A DNA stretch of 63,574 bases, filler included, from Rhabdomonas costata (Eukaryota): the NCBI GenBank assembly GCA_019059605.1. It is 36 parts of 36 records of this genome, joined end to end, with 100 filler letters (N's around TTAATTAATTAA, not from the genome) between each part and the next. Parts side by side here need not be neighbours in the genome. Positions count along the whole stretch, not along the records: positions 1 to 1,670 come from JAHMHO010010946.1; positions 1,771 to 3,441 come from JAHMHO010010947.1; positions 3,542 to 5,210 come from JAHMHO010010948.1; positions 5,311 to 6,980 come from JAHMHO010010949.1; positions 7,081 to 8,750 come from JAHMHO010010950.1; positions 8,851 to 10,518 come from JAHMHO010010951.1; positions 10,619 to 12,287 come from JAHMHO010010952.1; 29 more parts are not named here. One strand, written 5' to 3'. The notes beneath the pieces were generated by a model. The model was not told the DNA's origin and made no database searches. It saw only the letters and a program-made list of their open reading frames with translations. A program made the position numbers and the translations under genes. Positions 1-10,666 of this stretch are shown piece by piece. Every line of letters begins with the position of its first letter. Position 1 is the first letter of the stretch.

Positions 1-180
1 TTTTTGGGGTACGCGAATTTTCAGTGTGTTATTGTGAATTAAGAGCCGTGACACGCTGGCTGGTTCCGGACCGCTTGGGCGCTTGTGCGTTCGCCGCATC
101 TTGTCATTGGGGTGCAGGGCACTTGGTTCCTTGCGGGTGTAGCTGTTGTATCGTATGAGTGAGAGAATAGCAAAATGAAC

Positions 181-1247
181 CTTTGCTGCGAGCACAGGGG
201 CAATGCAGCACAGCCCAATGGGCTTCTTGGCGCCGTGGAAGGCCCGAAGCACCGCGGCAACGTCGGGCTGCACGGTCATGTTCGTGCCCTGGGTGGCGAA
301 GTCGCACAGGTTCTTGGCAGCTCCAAAGCCTACAGGTGAAGGAATTGCATCAAGGACCAGCACCCAGAACTCCTGGGACAAGCCGACGAAAAGGTCTTCC
401 GGGGATTGACGGCTGATGCAGGAGTGGTCATGTATCGTCAGAACATTTTTTAAACATCGAGTCGGGTTTGCACTCCGTTTATAGCCCCGCCAGTGGCTGC
501 CGCTGGGGCGAGCATTCTGCAACTAGCTTCGAAATCTTACATAATGGTATCCCAAAAATATATTCAAAAAGATAGGCAAGCGCGGCAAGAAGGCGAAATG
601 GGGGCATTCCTCCCGGAAAGATCACGGCGTCCTGGGAAGAGGCGTCCAGCTCGGACAGAGGCTTGATGTTCCCCCGGGCAATCCGGGCGGACTCCACCAG
701 AACATTCCGGGACTCTGTTTCCGAATAAAATTCGAGAGGAACCATAGAACCAACAAAAACCGAAAGTTCATCATATTTTTGGTCAGGCACTTAACAAGGC
801 GGTCTTTTGCTGTGCCTCCTGTTCTGTGTGTTTTTGGAAGACAAGAGCAATGCAGGGAATCGAATTCTGCGCAAAAAAAAAACACTGTCTGTGTGTGTGT
901 GCTCCTGCTGGGGTGCCGGGATACGGGTTGTCCATGAATACGTCAACTTGCAAGCCCTAAGCTGCCCGCATTGACACTGTACCATCGTGGCCCTCCCTAA
1001 GCCCCTAAGGCGTGTCAGTGGCACGCGCAAAAGAGAGGACGTATCTATCACCAATAGCATGGTGAGAACCTGCAACCAATACTTTATTGCTTTGCGCCAC
1101 TGTGAAGGAGTGTTGGCAGCTGCATTTAGGTCACATCACACCGCCCTCGGCGGGGGCACCCTTGAGGTGGTTAATGACGTGCATCTGGGGGCGGTCCGGA
1201 GCGAAGATCGAGGTCTGTGCCTTGGCCCTGCTCAGGTGGATCAGTAC
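181..1247 (-). CDS. ES1/ElbB (GATD3-like, DJ-1/class I glutamine amidotransferase superfamily) protein; internal exons 1247-1142, 714-610, 329-181
   Basis: Spliced translation [82 protein letters not shown]...[20 protein letters not shown] contains the ES1 motifs [19 protein letters not shown] and [10 protein letters not shown]. Confidence 0.93.
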
Positions 1248-1670
1248 CTGCAAACCCAACCAGGCCAGTACAAACAAAACAAAGGGAGAACAATGGATCC
1301 GCTTTGGATTTCAAGAATACTTTGATTCAATTGGTCGGAAGTAGGCAAGAGACGCGAGGATCGTTAGCCCAGCAGCAGCTCGGCCACCTTGGTGCTTTCG
1401 CCACTGCTCTAGTGTTCCAAGAACAAAACGCACACACATACGTTGCGCACTTGGCCTTTTTTCTGGGGAAGACTCACGTTTCTCTTCCCTCCTGGGCTCC
1501 CCACCTTCAATCACGCATGACCAAAAATTGACGAATTGCTGTATGGCAGTGTGGCTGACGGTGTTCCAAAGCGCTGGAAAGGTGACGTTTGAGTCCTCGG
1601 GAGTCCAAATTACTTTCCGCAGGCTGTGGCTGTATGCTAAATCTCGTAGACGAGGTGCCCCACACCCACA

Positions 1671-1770
1671 NNNNNNNNNNNNNNNNNNNNNNNNNNNNNN
1701 NNNNNNNNNNNNNNTTAATTAATTAANNNNNNNNNNNNNNNNNNNNNNNNNNNNNNNNNNNNNNNNNNNN
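1671..1770. other. Artificial contig spacer N44-TTAATTAATTAA-N44 (first of 35 identical spacers; 36 contigs of ~1.67 kb)
   Basis: The same 100-bp unit, with stops in all six frames, recurs about every 1.77 kb. Near-equal contig lengths suggest a length-sorted concatenated assembly. Confidence 0.99.
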
Positions 1771-2013
1771 GGGGTGGGGGGGGCTTTCAGGGCGATTCGG
1801 AAGCGCACAATTATTTATTTTTGCTGCAAATGGGCATAACCAATGCTCAACACCTTCCCTTTCCCTTCACAGACACAGAACCCCCTCTCATCGCGCATAT
1901 CTCCCCAATTCACGTGGAAGTTTTCTATCTGCCTCGCGCAATTAGATTTTCTGTCCCTCCCTATTGCTTTGCCACTGTTTTGTGGAGTGTGGATGAGCTT
2001 GTCGGCCGCGCAG

Positions 2014-3441
2014 TTTGTGGGAGCACAAGGAGCAGTACGCGCAGCTGTGGGAAACCCGGTGTCGCAGGCTGTTCTGCTGCCTCCGCTCCAGGATTGCCGA
2101 CAGCTCGGTGTTCTCAGGCATGTGCTCCTCTCAAGAAAACCTGTGCCGCATGGAGGCGGGGATGGGGATGCATGGGCACTGTGGCCAACCATACCGGGGC
2201 TCTGCTCCGGGGGCGAGTATTGCGAAAATCCCGCAAAACCTTATAATTTTTGGTTGTGTACTTGAGTTCTCCTCCTTTAGATTTGAAAATCCGGGGGTTT
2301 GGTAGCGAGACATCCCCCCATGTCCTGGATCTGAGTTTGAGAGTTTGACCACCAATCTTCCCGGATGTAGAGGATTGTGTAACCTGTGTGCTTTGTGCTC
2401 TGTTTCCGCGTCCCGGGCGCACCCCGCAGACATCGCGCGGATGCTGTGCTGGGTGTGGCGTGGGGTGGACATCGTGCCGTCGGACGTGGTGGCGGGGATG
2501 CTCCTGCTGTACCTCAGTGAGCGGCCCTCCCCTGGCGCTGGACATGGGTCCACCTCCAACGGCAGGGACGTCCCCCCAGTTCCTCCGGAGACCTTGCGGA
2601 CGCTCGATCACTACTCCAGGTCTCCCCCCGTGCCACCGTGTTGGGCATGTTCGACGAAAGTATCAGAGTACTGCCCTTCCCCTTCTTTGTTCTGCATCGG
2701 GTTTAAGTATGGCTGCTTGCCGACAGCCGCTGTACGTGGGCAATTGTGAACATTGCTTTGCTAGTTCTTTTCTGTATTGATTGGTTTAAAAAAAAGTGCA
2801 TAAGGCTTTCGTGATTTTGATGTGAACAGAAGGGTAGTGGTAAACGAAGGCCATCTCTCTGAACCTTTGGCTCGAGCGCAGGTGTCAGCTGATCGGGTGA
2901 ACGCGGATGCAAGTGTGTTGTATATGCATTGCATAAGGGGTCTGCATAAAAAACAGCAGCCACATGAAGGATGGCGGGCCAGGTTTGGGGTGCGCCCAAG
3001 AGGAGGGTGCCATTTCGTGGCAGAAAATCAACACTTTTTTGCTGGAGGGTCTCTTTTTCGCGTTTGTGCCCTTCCAGAATTCTTACTTTGGCATGACGCG
3101 GAGGATACGCTCACGCCAAAAAGGTTGAAAAACGAATTCGGATTTTTCTTGGACGAAAGCCTAAAACGAACACTTTTTCGCTGTCTAGCAGCACCTAAGG
3201 GGCATTTTTTTTTCTTGTTTGTTTTGTCCTTTATTCCTGTTGCCGAGATGGTGCGGAACATACATACCCGAAAATTGCATGGGTTGGTACCAAAGAAAGT
3301 CCCATGATGGTAGGTACTACATGGGGACCTATGGTTGGATGGTATACGCCGCTTCTCGGCCTCGGGGGTGCCCTCGGCTGCTACTGCGGCTGCTGCGGGG
3401 CGGCGCCCCTCCGATCGTGCGAGGCTCCCTTCCCCACCAAC
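2014..3441 (+). CDS. Diacylglycerol lipase (DAGL alpha/beta-like), partial; exons 2014-2117, 2430-2619, 3314-3441
   Basis: LWETRCRRLFCC...VFS-DIARMLCWVWRGVDIVPSDVVAGMLLL...LDHYS-RYYMGTYGW resembles the DAGL pre-catalytic region (DxVPSDxxAG, AYGW). Intron 1 is GC-AG, intron 2 is GT-AG. Confidence 0.75.
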
Positions 3442-3733
3442 NNNNNNNNNNNNNNNNNNNNNNNNNNNNNNNNNNNNNNNNNNNNTTAATTAATTAANNN
3501 NNNNNNNNNNNNNNNNNNNNNNNNNNNNNNNNNNNNNNNNNAATTCGTTGTGCCCCATCTGAAGCCAGTCGTTATATGTCGTGCCGTCCATCCATCCATC
3601 GTACTCAGGCGGAGTAGGTTTGGGGGGGCTTGTGCGGATATTTTTCTCAGGTCCTTTGCTCTGTGTGTCAGTGTTAGGGTGTTGCCCATTGCCTTCCCTT
3701 GATTCCTCGCCTTTCCACTTCGCCTCTGCACCA

Positions 3734-5210
3734 ATGGAGGCGACCTCCGTGCCTCCCTCCTCGGCGTCCACCGCAGCCTCCCCTCCGCTGTCCTCCTCAG
3801 CTTCTGCCCGCAGCTATGAGCTCCTAGGGCGGCCGCTTTCCGGGCCCTTCACCATCCCTTCCGGCATCGCCACGGTCACTCTGGACGGCCTGGAGCTCCT
3901 GGCGCGGACCGTGCCGCAGCTCGGGGTGCTCACCACGAAGAGCATCGGCCCAGAGCCCAGAGCGGGCAACCGTGAGCCGGTGTACGCCCAGCTGGAGGGC
4001 CAGTCTGGAGCCTGGGTCAATGCCGTGGTATGGGTTGGAATGATCGGAGGGTGGGGGGCTTGAAATGATTGATGAGGGGTCTCAATCCATGGGTTGGTGG
4101 CTGTGCCGTCAGAACCTGGGCGAGAATATGATCATCCGGCACCCCCCCCCCTTACAGTTCTGCATTGGCCTGATTAATTGGGGGTACAACGCTATATATG
4201 GAATGCTGAATCAAAAAAAATGCCTTGCTGCCTTTCCGGGGGTCCATCACGTGGGTTATTGTTGTTATTAGAAACTCATTTCTTGGTGAGTTTTAGCTAA
4301 CTTATCGTATAGGATACTTTTAGGGGTAGATGGGGGAATGGCAGCACGGTAGATGGGGGGATGCGCGTCTTGCGAACCATTTACATTGTTTCTCATTAAA
4401 CCCCAGTTAGCGCCATACCCAAAGGGGCGTTCTGAGATGCGACACTTCCGACATTGGGCAGCAGTGCTAACAGTCGAGAGAATGCCAAGCGCACCGGGGG
4501 AGTGTGGTGCAGCACACAAAGAATTGAATGAAAGCAGGCTGTTCAAGGATGGACAACAGGGATTTGTGATGTAACCGCTAACAGTGGCTTTCCGTACCAT
4601 TGTCTGAAGGGCGCAGGGGCTGCTGTTGTCTGCACCGGACTTTGAACACTGGACAATGTGCCACTTTGGTCAAGTTTCGCAATTCTCTATATAACGGGGT
4701 TATGCCGTATAACGCTCCCCCTCTCCAAAAAAAAAGCAGACCGGACTCCCGTTGCATCTGCAGGGGGCCTCGTCCCATATCGGCTCTGACAGAAAAAGCT
4801 CAATTTTGCGCTATTTTATGCAGCCTGCTGCATAAATCCGGGTTTAGTTTTCTCACCGTCCAAGTGAAACGACGATTTTTAATTTTCGGAACTGCTGTGA
4901 GCAGCAAAGGTCTCTTCTCGCTCTTGTTAATTAACTTACACCCACCTCTGGCACGCGCCCACGCACGCACGCAGGCAACCACCCACCCATCCACACTTAC
5001 TCGCTCGCTCAGGGGTTGGCCAACCCTGGCTGCTATGAGTTTGCCAAGGAGCTGCGCGAGCTGAAGCTTCCCCCGGGGCGCTTCCTGCTGGTGTCCATTA
5101 TGGGCGGCAACACGGCGGAGTTTGTGCGAGTGGCAACTACCCTGGGCCCCTTCGCGGACGGCCTGGAGCTCAACTTCAGCTGCCCCCACGCTGAGGGCCA
5201 CGGGCAGGCC
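3734..5210 (+). CDS. pyrD: Class 1 (1B-like) dihydroorotate dehydrogenase, N-terminal part; exons 3734-4027, 5013-5210
   Basis: Motifs PFTIPSG, TTKSIGPEPRAGNREP, NAV-GLANPG (across a GT-AG intron), LLVSIMG and LELNFSCPH with the catalytic Cys. Confidence 0.85.
4622..4660 (+). repeat. Dispersed conserved motif GCTGTTGTCTGCRCCGGACTTTGAACACTGGACAATGTG, copy 1 (in the pyrD intron)
   Basis: Near-identical copies at 33794-33848 and 41320-41372 in unrelated contigs. Confidence 0.85.
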
Positions 5211-5493
5211 NNNNNNNNNNNNNNNNNNNNNNNNNNNNNNNNNNNNNNNNNNNNTTAATTAATTAANNNNNNNNNNNNNNNNNNNNNNNNNNNNNNNNNN
5301 NNNNNNNNNNCCAGAAAAAATGGTATGTTCCCCCGCCCCCTGGGAAGTCTTCCTAACCCCATTAAACGCATCCTGAAGGCTCCTATGGGTGGTAGGCATG
5401 GCGTCCTTAGACGTCCCCAAGCACCATCAATGAGTGTGCATACATGTGTTGTGGGTTGTTCTTCACTCACGTGGCTGGATGAGGTGCACTCGT

Positions 5494-5783
5494 TGAAAGG
5501 CTTCGAACTTAGTTTATATACACAGTGGAGCGCGAGATGGAAAGAACCACAAACCCAGGTAGATCAGGCGGGAAAAGGAGCAAGGCGAAGGGCACACGAG
5601 ACACACGAAGAGAAGCCCAGACAAGCGGAGATTGTAGGGAGGGTCCAGATGACATCCGGGACGGTGAAAGGCAACCGAGCCCGTCCGCCAGGAAAGCAGG
5701 CCCAATCCCGGAGTGGGATCTAAGCCCGCAAGGGAAGTCGGGCCCAAGGGAAGTGTACTAGCGTGGAAAGTTGGGTACCCACA
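5494..5783 (-). mobile_element. Possible solo LTR (~290 bp, TG...CA on the minus strand)
   Basis: Minus strand begins TGTGGG and ends TATATAAACTAAGTTCGAAGCCTTTCA. Shares short words (CCGAGCCCG, GGGAAGTCG, GAGTGGG) with the 7081 repeat. No target-site duplication seen. Confidence 0.35.
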
Positions 5784-6199
5784 AAGAGATCTTTAAACGT
5801 GCTAATAAAAAGGGTTCCGCGTACACTGTGGATCGGGGGTCATGTGGGGTAAGTCAACCCCACGTGACAAGAAATTTGGGCAAGGCAGATGGACCGACAA
5901 AACTTGAGACTCGATGGGCCCATCTGCCGAAAGTTGGGAGCCCAGGTGGTAGTGGACCTCGTGTCGTCCCGAGAAAAAATTCACCCTGGTCAAGTGCACC
6001 CAAGTGTGTTGTGGGTTGCTCTTCATTCACATAGCATGTATGGGGCGCACTTTTTGCATCCACCTTTGACCACCTTCTTTGCAAACCCTTCACAGTTTTT
6101 GACAGCCTTCGTAGTGTTTGGGTGGGCGATTTCCGAAAGAAGCTTTTTTGCACTCGCCTTCGGATGGGTCCCAACTTGTTGCGTCGTTTGCTGTGCAAA

Positions 6200-6980
6200 T
6201 TCGGGCTGGTGGTGCAGGGGCACTATTCCTACTGCCGGGTCACGTGATGAGGAAGAGGAAATTCTTCGACATGAACAGAATGCTCTGCCACCGAGAAAGG
6301 CTGCACCTCAGCCGGATTCAAGTATGCCCTCTCGGCGTGCAGCTTTATCTCTCTTGTTACCGTTGGCGTGAAATGTCTCTGCGCTGTACTGAACAGAATT
6401 TTCTTTACTGGTGATGTGGGGTGTGTACTGCACTTTTCGCTCATCGCACGATTTTCGGCGCCAGCATAAATGCAAGAACCATCTCCATCTGACCTCGCTG
6501 TTGCCTCCATTCAGCATAGTGGGCATAATGTGCCAGGTGCACCCTCCGCTGCGCTGCACAAAATAAAAAACGAGCCAATGGGCACGCACACGCCCGCAGA
6601 GTAAACTGGGAGACCCCGAGTGTTTCCGGAGGCCTTTTGTGTATAAAATGACCCTAAGCCTGCTTCGGCTTCGCATTCTGTCCTAGCACGTAAAATATAG
6701 TCCAATTCCAATAATTTGGCATTGGAATGTTTGCAGGCCTGGCTCGATTTTCTGCTTTCCTATGTATCTCAATAAGCGGATGAAGACGAGGAGATTGTGG
6801 ACGAAGATGAGGACAGCGATGAGTCCGAGGATGCAGAAGACGCCGCCGTTTCCGCCAAGCCCGCACCAGCGCATCCTCGGGACCATGGCTGCCGCAAACG
6901 GCCGAGCTCCGGCTCCTCCGCCCGCGCCCTCCCCGCGGGACACGGCGCGGCACATCGCGATCGGAGTCCCACAACAACAC
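6200..6980 (+). CDS. Hypothetical acidic low-complexity protein, two exons (~6200-6321, 6777-6980)
   Basis: GSRDEEEEILRHEQNALPPRKAAPQPDS joins TDEDEEIVDEDEDSDESED in phase through a GTATGC...TAAG intron. The start coordinate is approximate. Confidence 0.4.
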
Positions 6981-7080
6981 NNNNNNNNNNNNNNNNNNNN
7001 NNNNNNNNNNNNNNNNNNNNNNNNTTAATTAATTAANNNNNNNNNNNNNNNNNNNNNNNNNNNNNNNNNNNNNNNNNNNN

Positions 7081-7262
7081 GGCCCTCGGCGAAAGCGAGG
7101 CCAACCCGGGGGAAAGAAAGTCTCCTCACCTAGGTGAGTTGACAGCGCTCACAAAGCGAAAGCTTTGTCGGGAGGGACCACGGAGGGAAGCGGATCGAGT
7201 GGGCTACGCGGGGAAGTCGCAAGAGCCACGTAATTGGTCCGAGCCCGCCGTGCCGTCTGACA
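7081..7262 (-). repeat. Structured dispersed repeat, copy 1; sharp boundary reads TGTCAGACGG on the minus strand (LTR-like end)
   Basis: 7132-7262 is nearly identical to 15924-16053. Identity stops abruptly at ...GCCGTCT(G/A)ACA. Confidence 0.85.
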
Positions 7263-9068
7263 CCCTTCCAAAGCCCGCGGCCCAGCTTTTAGCTTTTAGC
7301 TTTTAAATTGTGTGCAATCATTCCATAAAACCTCCAGCAAGCGCAAATAAATTGCAAAATTACGTCACCAGAACAATATTTAAGAGCTCCAAAAATTCCT
7401 TTAAAAAACAAGCGGCACTAAATACACTAAAAACAATAAAAACAACATTTGGTGTTTACCGGCGGCAATAGCACAGCAGAAATTGGGGTAATAAGCAATG
7501 TTGTGGTGAAAAAACGAAGGGAAGTATGAGTGCAGATGGTATGATGGACATTGGATCAGGGATGCGTGTAAGAAACCAGTTCAATTGCACGTCCTGTTGG
7601 TACCAGTACGTTTGAATCACGGTTTATTTATGTGGATATAAATCTTCTTGTAGTGAAGCATTCTGCGCATTTTTTGAATTTAAGAAACAAAAGAGATGTT
7701 CCGTAATAAACAGCATCAGGAAAAACACAGTAAAACGAAAAATGATGCTAATAATGAGCTATTGTTTAGTTTTTATGATCGCGAGCTTGTTAACTAAATT
7801 GAATTATCTCTTGAAGAGTTTAAATGGTTCAAAACTATACACAACACCTGTCTAATACCGCATTTTTCATAAAACGTACATACATATGTGGTAGGGAATC
7901 GCTACCATCGCTTTGGAGACAATGTTGTCCCAACAAAAGCCATCAATTGGAAGGAATAACATATAAGTATTTCAACTCTAGTTTTTAATATCCATGGACC
8001 ATGGTAAAGTTTGAGGTTGGTGTTTTGGTAATTGGTATTGACTTGAATTGACGTGACAACATTTTTGTGAGCTATATCAGTTTGGAGTTAAAAGTTTGCA
8101 CAGAATAAACATTCATGTTTGAAACATCCATAAAAACAGTTTATACTATTTGGTTTTGGTGTAGAAAATATTACTATTACAATTACGCAGTAGCCTGTCA
8201 TTCTTGCTTTTGAATGGCATGTGTGTTTTTGGTATACAATATTGTTGTGTGACACTTTTACATCCAAGAAAAATTGCGTCTATTAAGTTATGACCTTCCT
8301 TAGGAATGGATAAAATGCAACACGATCAATAACTAAAGTAAGGAATTTTAGAGCAGATTCATATTTGGTAAAGTACTCGTAAACACGCGTTATTTATTTG
8401 ACAAATGGGCGTGTATGATTTTGTGTTGGCTTAGTGTTTGGCGTTGTTATGTTCTGTCCAGATGTTGCAAACATGTGGATGGCGTAAATTAAAGATAAAT
8501 TATCTGGCAGATGTGGTAGAGGACCTCGCGGATCCACATAAAGTGTAGTACACCGTAAACAAGAACCACAGAATTCGTGGCTTTTTATGTAGGTTTTTGC
8601 TCCCCAAGCACAGCATTTCCGCTGAGTGCAAAAATCCAAACGTTTTTCTTGCTCACGCAGCGCGTATCAACGCAAAACAATACGTTTCCATGATACGTGT
8701 ACAAGCCAAGAGCGCAGGACAGTAAGGACAGTATTTATCCCAACAAAACANNNNNNNNNNNNNNNNNNNNNNNNNNNNNNNNNNNNNNNNNNNNTTAATT
8801 AATTAANNNNNNNNNNNNNNNNNNNNNNNNNNNNNNNNNNNNNNNNNNNNGGTGTTTTGTACCACACCTGCATTATTTTTTGTTCAAAACTGATGGTAAA
8901 AACCCTCGACAATGGTAGACGGTTGAGTATGCAACGGGAGTGATGACAGAGGTACTGGTGTGTGGCGGTGGCCCAGCACCCCGATGGCACCTTCCCGCAA
9001 AAATTCAAAAACTCGACCCACGAGTAAACGATGTGAGGGCAGGTGAAGTGGGGGATAGGGGTGGGAAC

Positions 9069-10400
9069 CTGACAGCATGGCCTCCGGGCCGTTCACCAGC
9101 AGCCCCACTACACCCATGCACAGAAGGTTCCAAGCCATACTCCAGCGACTCAGAGGGGCGTACACGAAAAGCAGCGCCGCCCCTGACAGGTGAACCCAAG
9201 CAAGCACAGCAAGTGAAGGGCCCTACGCAAAAAGATGCACGGTGAAGGGGAGAGTACCAGGTACCAATGGTGAACGAAAACAAACCCTGCAGACGAAATC
9301 AAACCGGGCAGGCACCAAAAGATCTTGGACCGCCTCTCTGGGATGGCGCCTCACCAAAACTTTTGTATTTCCATTTTGACCAATGTATCGCTTCGGCCAC
9401 CCCGTGGTGCAAACCTTCCGCATAAATCACAGAAGCATCATTCACCGCCATGGAAAAGTAGAAGGAGACGGTGAAGTCAGTCATGTTATTCAATTCATTT
9501 AAGACGACAAGCTTGTGAGTGTGTGTCGCGATAGCAGACCTGGCTAGTGCGGAGCTGTGGTTGTGTGTGTGTGCATGTTCGCATGGGTTGGGTGAGGTCA
9601 GCTGTAAAACCCTCTCGTCGTGCTTGAAAGTTATCATACGGATGGGATACAAAGTCCGCCCCTCCCCATTTTCCGTCCATACCGCAGCACACTCCAATGG
9701 CGGAGGTGAGGATGACCCGGCCGCCCATCAGCCGGTCTGAGACAACCCCAATCACAATGCTGCCCAGCACCCCACCCACTTCAAAGCCTGTCGCAATGTA
9801 CCCGGAGGTGGCCATGCTGTACCCTGAGGCAGTGCCCCCCACACACACACCGCGTCTGATCAGCGCACGTGAGTGCAGACACGCAAATGCACTTCTAAAA
9901 TGAGGTGTTCAGAATACAACATCAATCAACTGGCTGTAGTGAGCACGAGTGTTGTCTTGTGGTGGCAAAAGCTCTGATAAGGAGGTTACCCCTCCACCCA
10001 AAGTCAGTCTCTGCAAATACCTGTGACTCATTTGATGCTGAGCGCCCACCCACACATTGAACATTCCCACTTTAAGAGTTGTTTGCGCTGTTGTGTCACA
10101 GTGCCGTGACGTTTTACGTTCCGTTTTGGAGTGAAGGTGCGTGAGTACTGACGCTGAAACGGCGCATGGCCAGGTCCCGAAATAGAAAGAAGATGAAATA
10201 GAAAGAAGGCGACTTGCGCATACCCAAGCAAGCTAATAGCCTCCTAAAGTAACCGCCCCCCCTCTCCCGCTATCCCGTCATCGTTGCGTACCCAGGCCCT
10301 TGTGGTGATAGTACGGCAGCCAGAACAACAACACATAGCGCTGCAGCTGCAGGAACAGCACCGCCAGGGCCACAGGGAGCACAGCGGGCAACCGAAGCAC
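9069..10400 (-). CDS. MFS transporter, OPA/SLC37 (GlpT/UhpC-like) family, C-terminal half; exons 10400-10292, 9823-9683, 9182-9069
   Basis: LQRYVLLFWLPYY...G-YSMATSGYIATGFEVGGVLGSIVIGVVSDRLMGGR...GLLVNGPEAML carries the FWLP and GxxSDR MFS motifs. GT-AG introns are in phase. Confidence 0.85.
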
Positions 10401-10666
10401 CTGAAGGACCCTCCCCTCCCCTTCCCTCCCCTCCATCCCCAGAATAAAAGAGGTAACCTTCACTAACACAGGTGGGCGTCAACAAAAAGCAAATGACCCG
10501 AAAAAAAAAGTAAACAAANNNNNNNNNNNNNNNNNNNNNNNNNNNNNNNNNNNNNNNNNNNNTTAATTAATTAANNNNNNNNNNNNNNNNNNNNNNNNNN
10601 NNNNNNNNNNNNNNNNNNGGTGGTGGTGGTGATCGTGTGTATGTGTGTGGAGGGGGCATGAGGAAC

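Noticed and set aside
1715-1726. Regularly spaced TTAATTAATTAA as a CRISPR-like or biological repeat
   Set aside because: Always embedded in N44 padding. It is an artificial six-frame-stop linker.
7300-8750. AT-rich stretch as a DNA transposase or viral gene
   Set aside because: No long ORF, catalytic motif or terminal repeats could be recognised.
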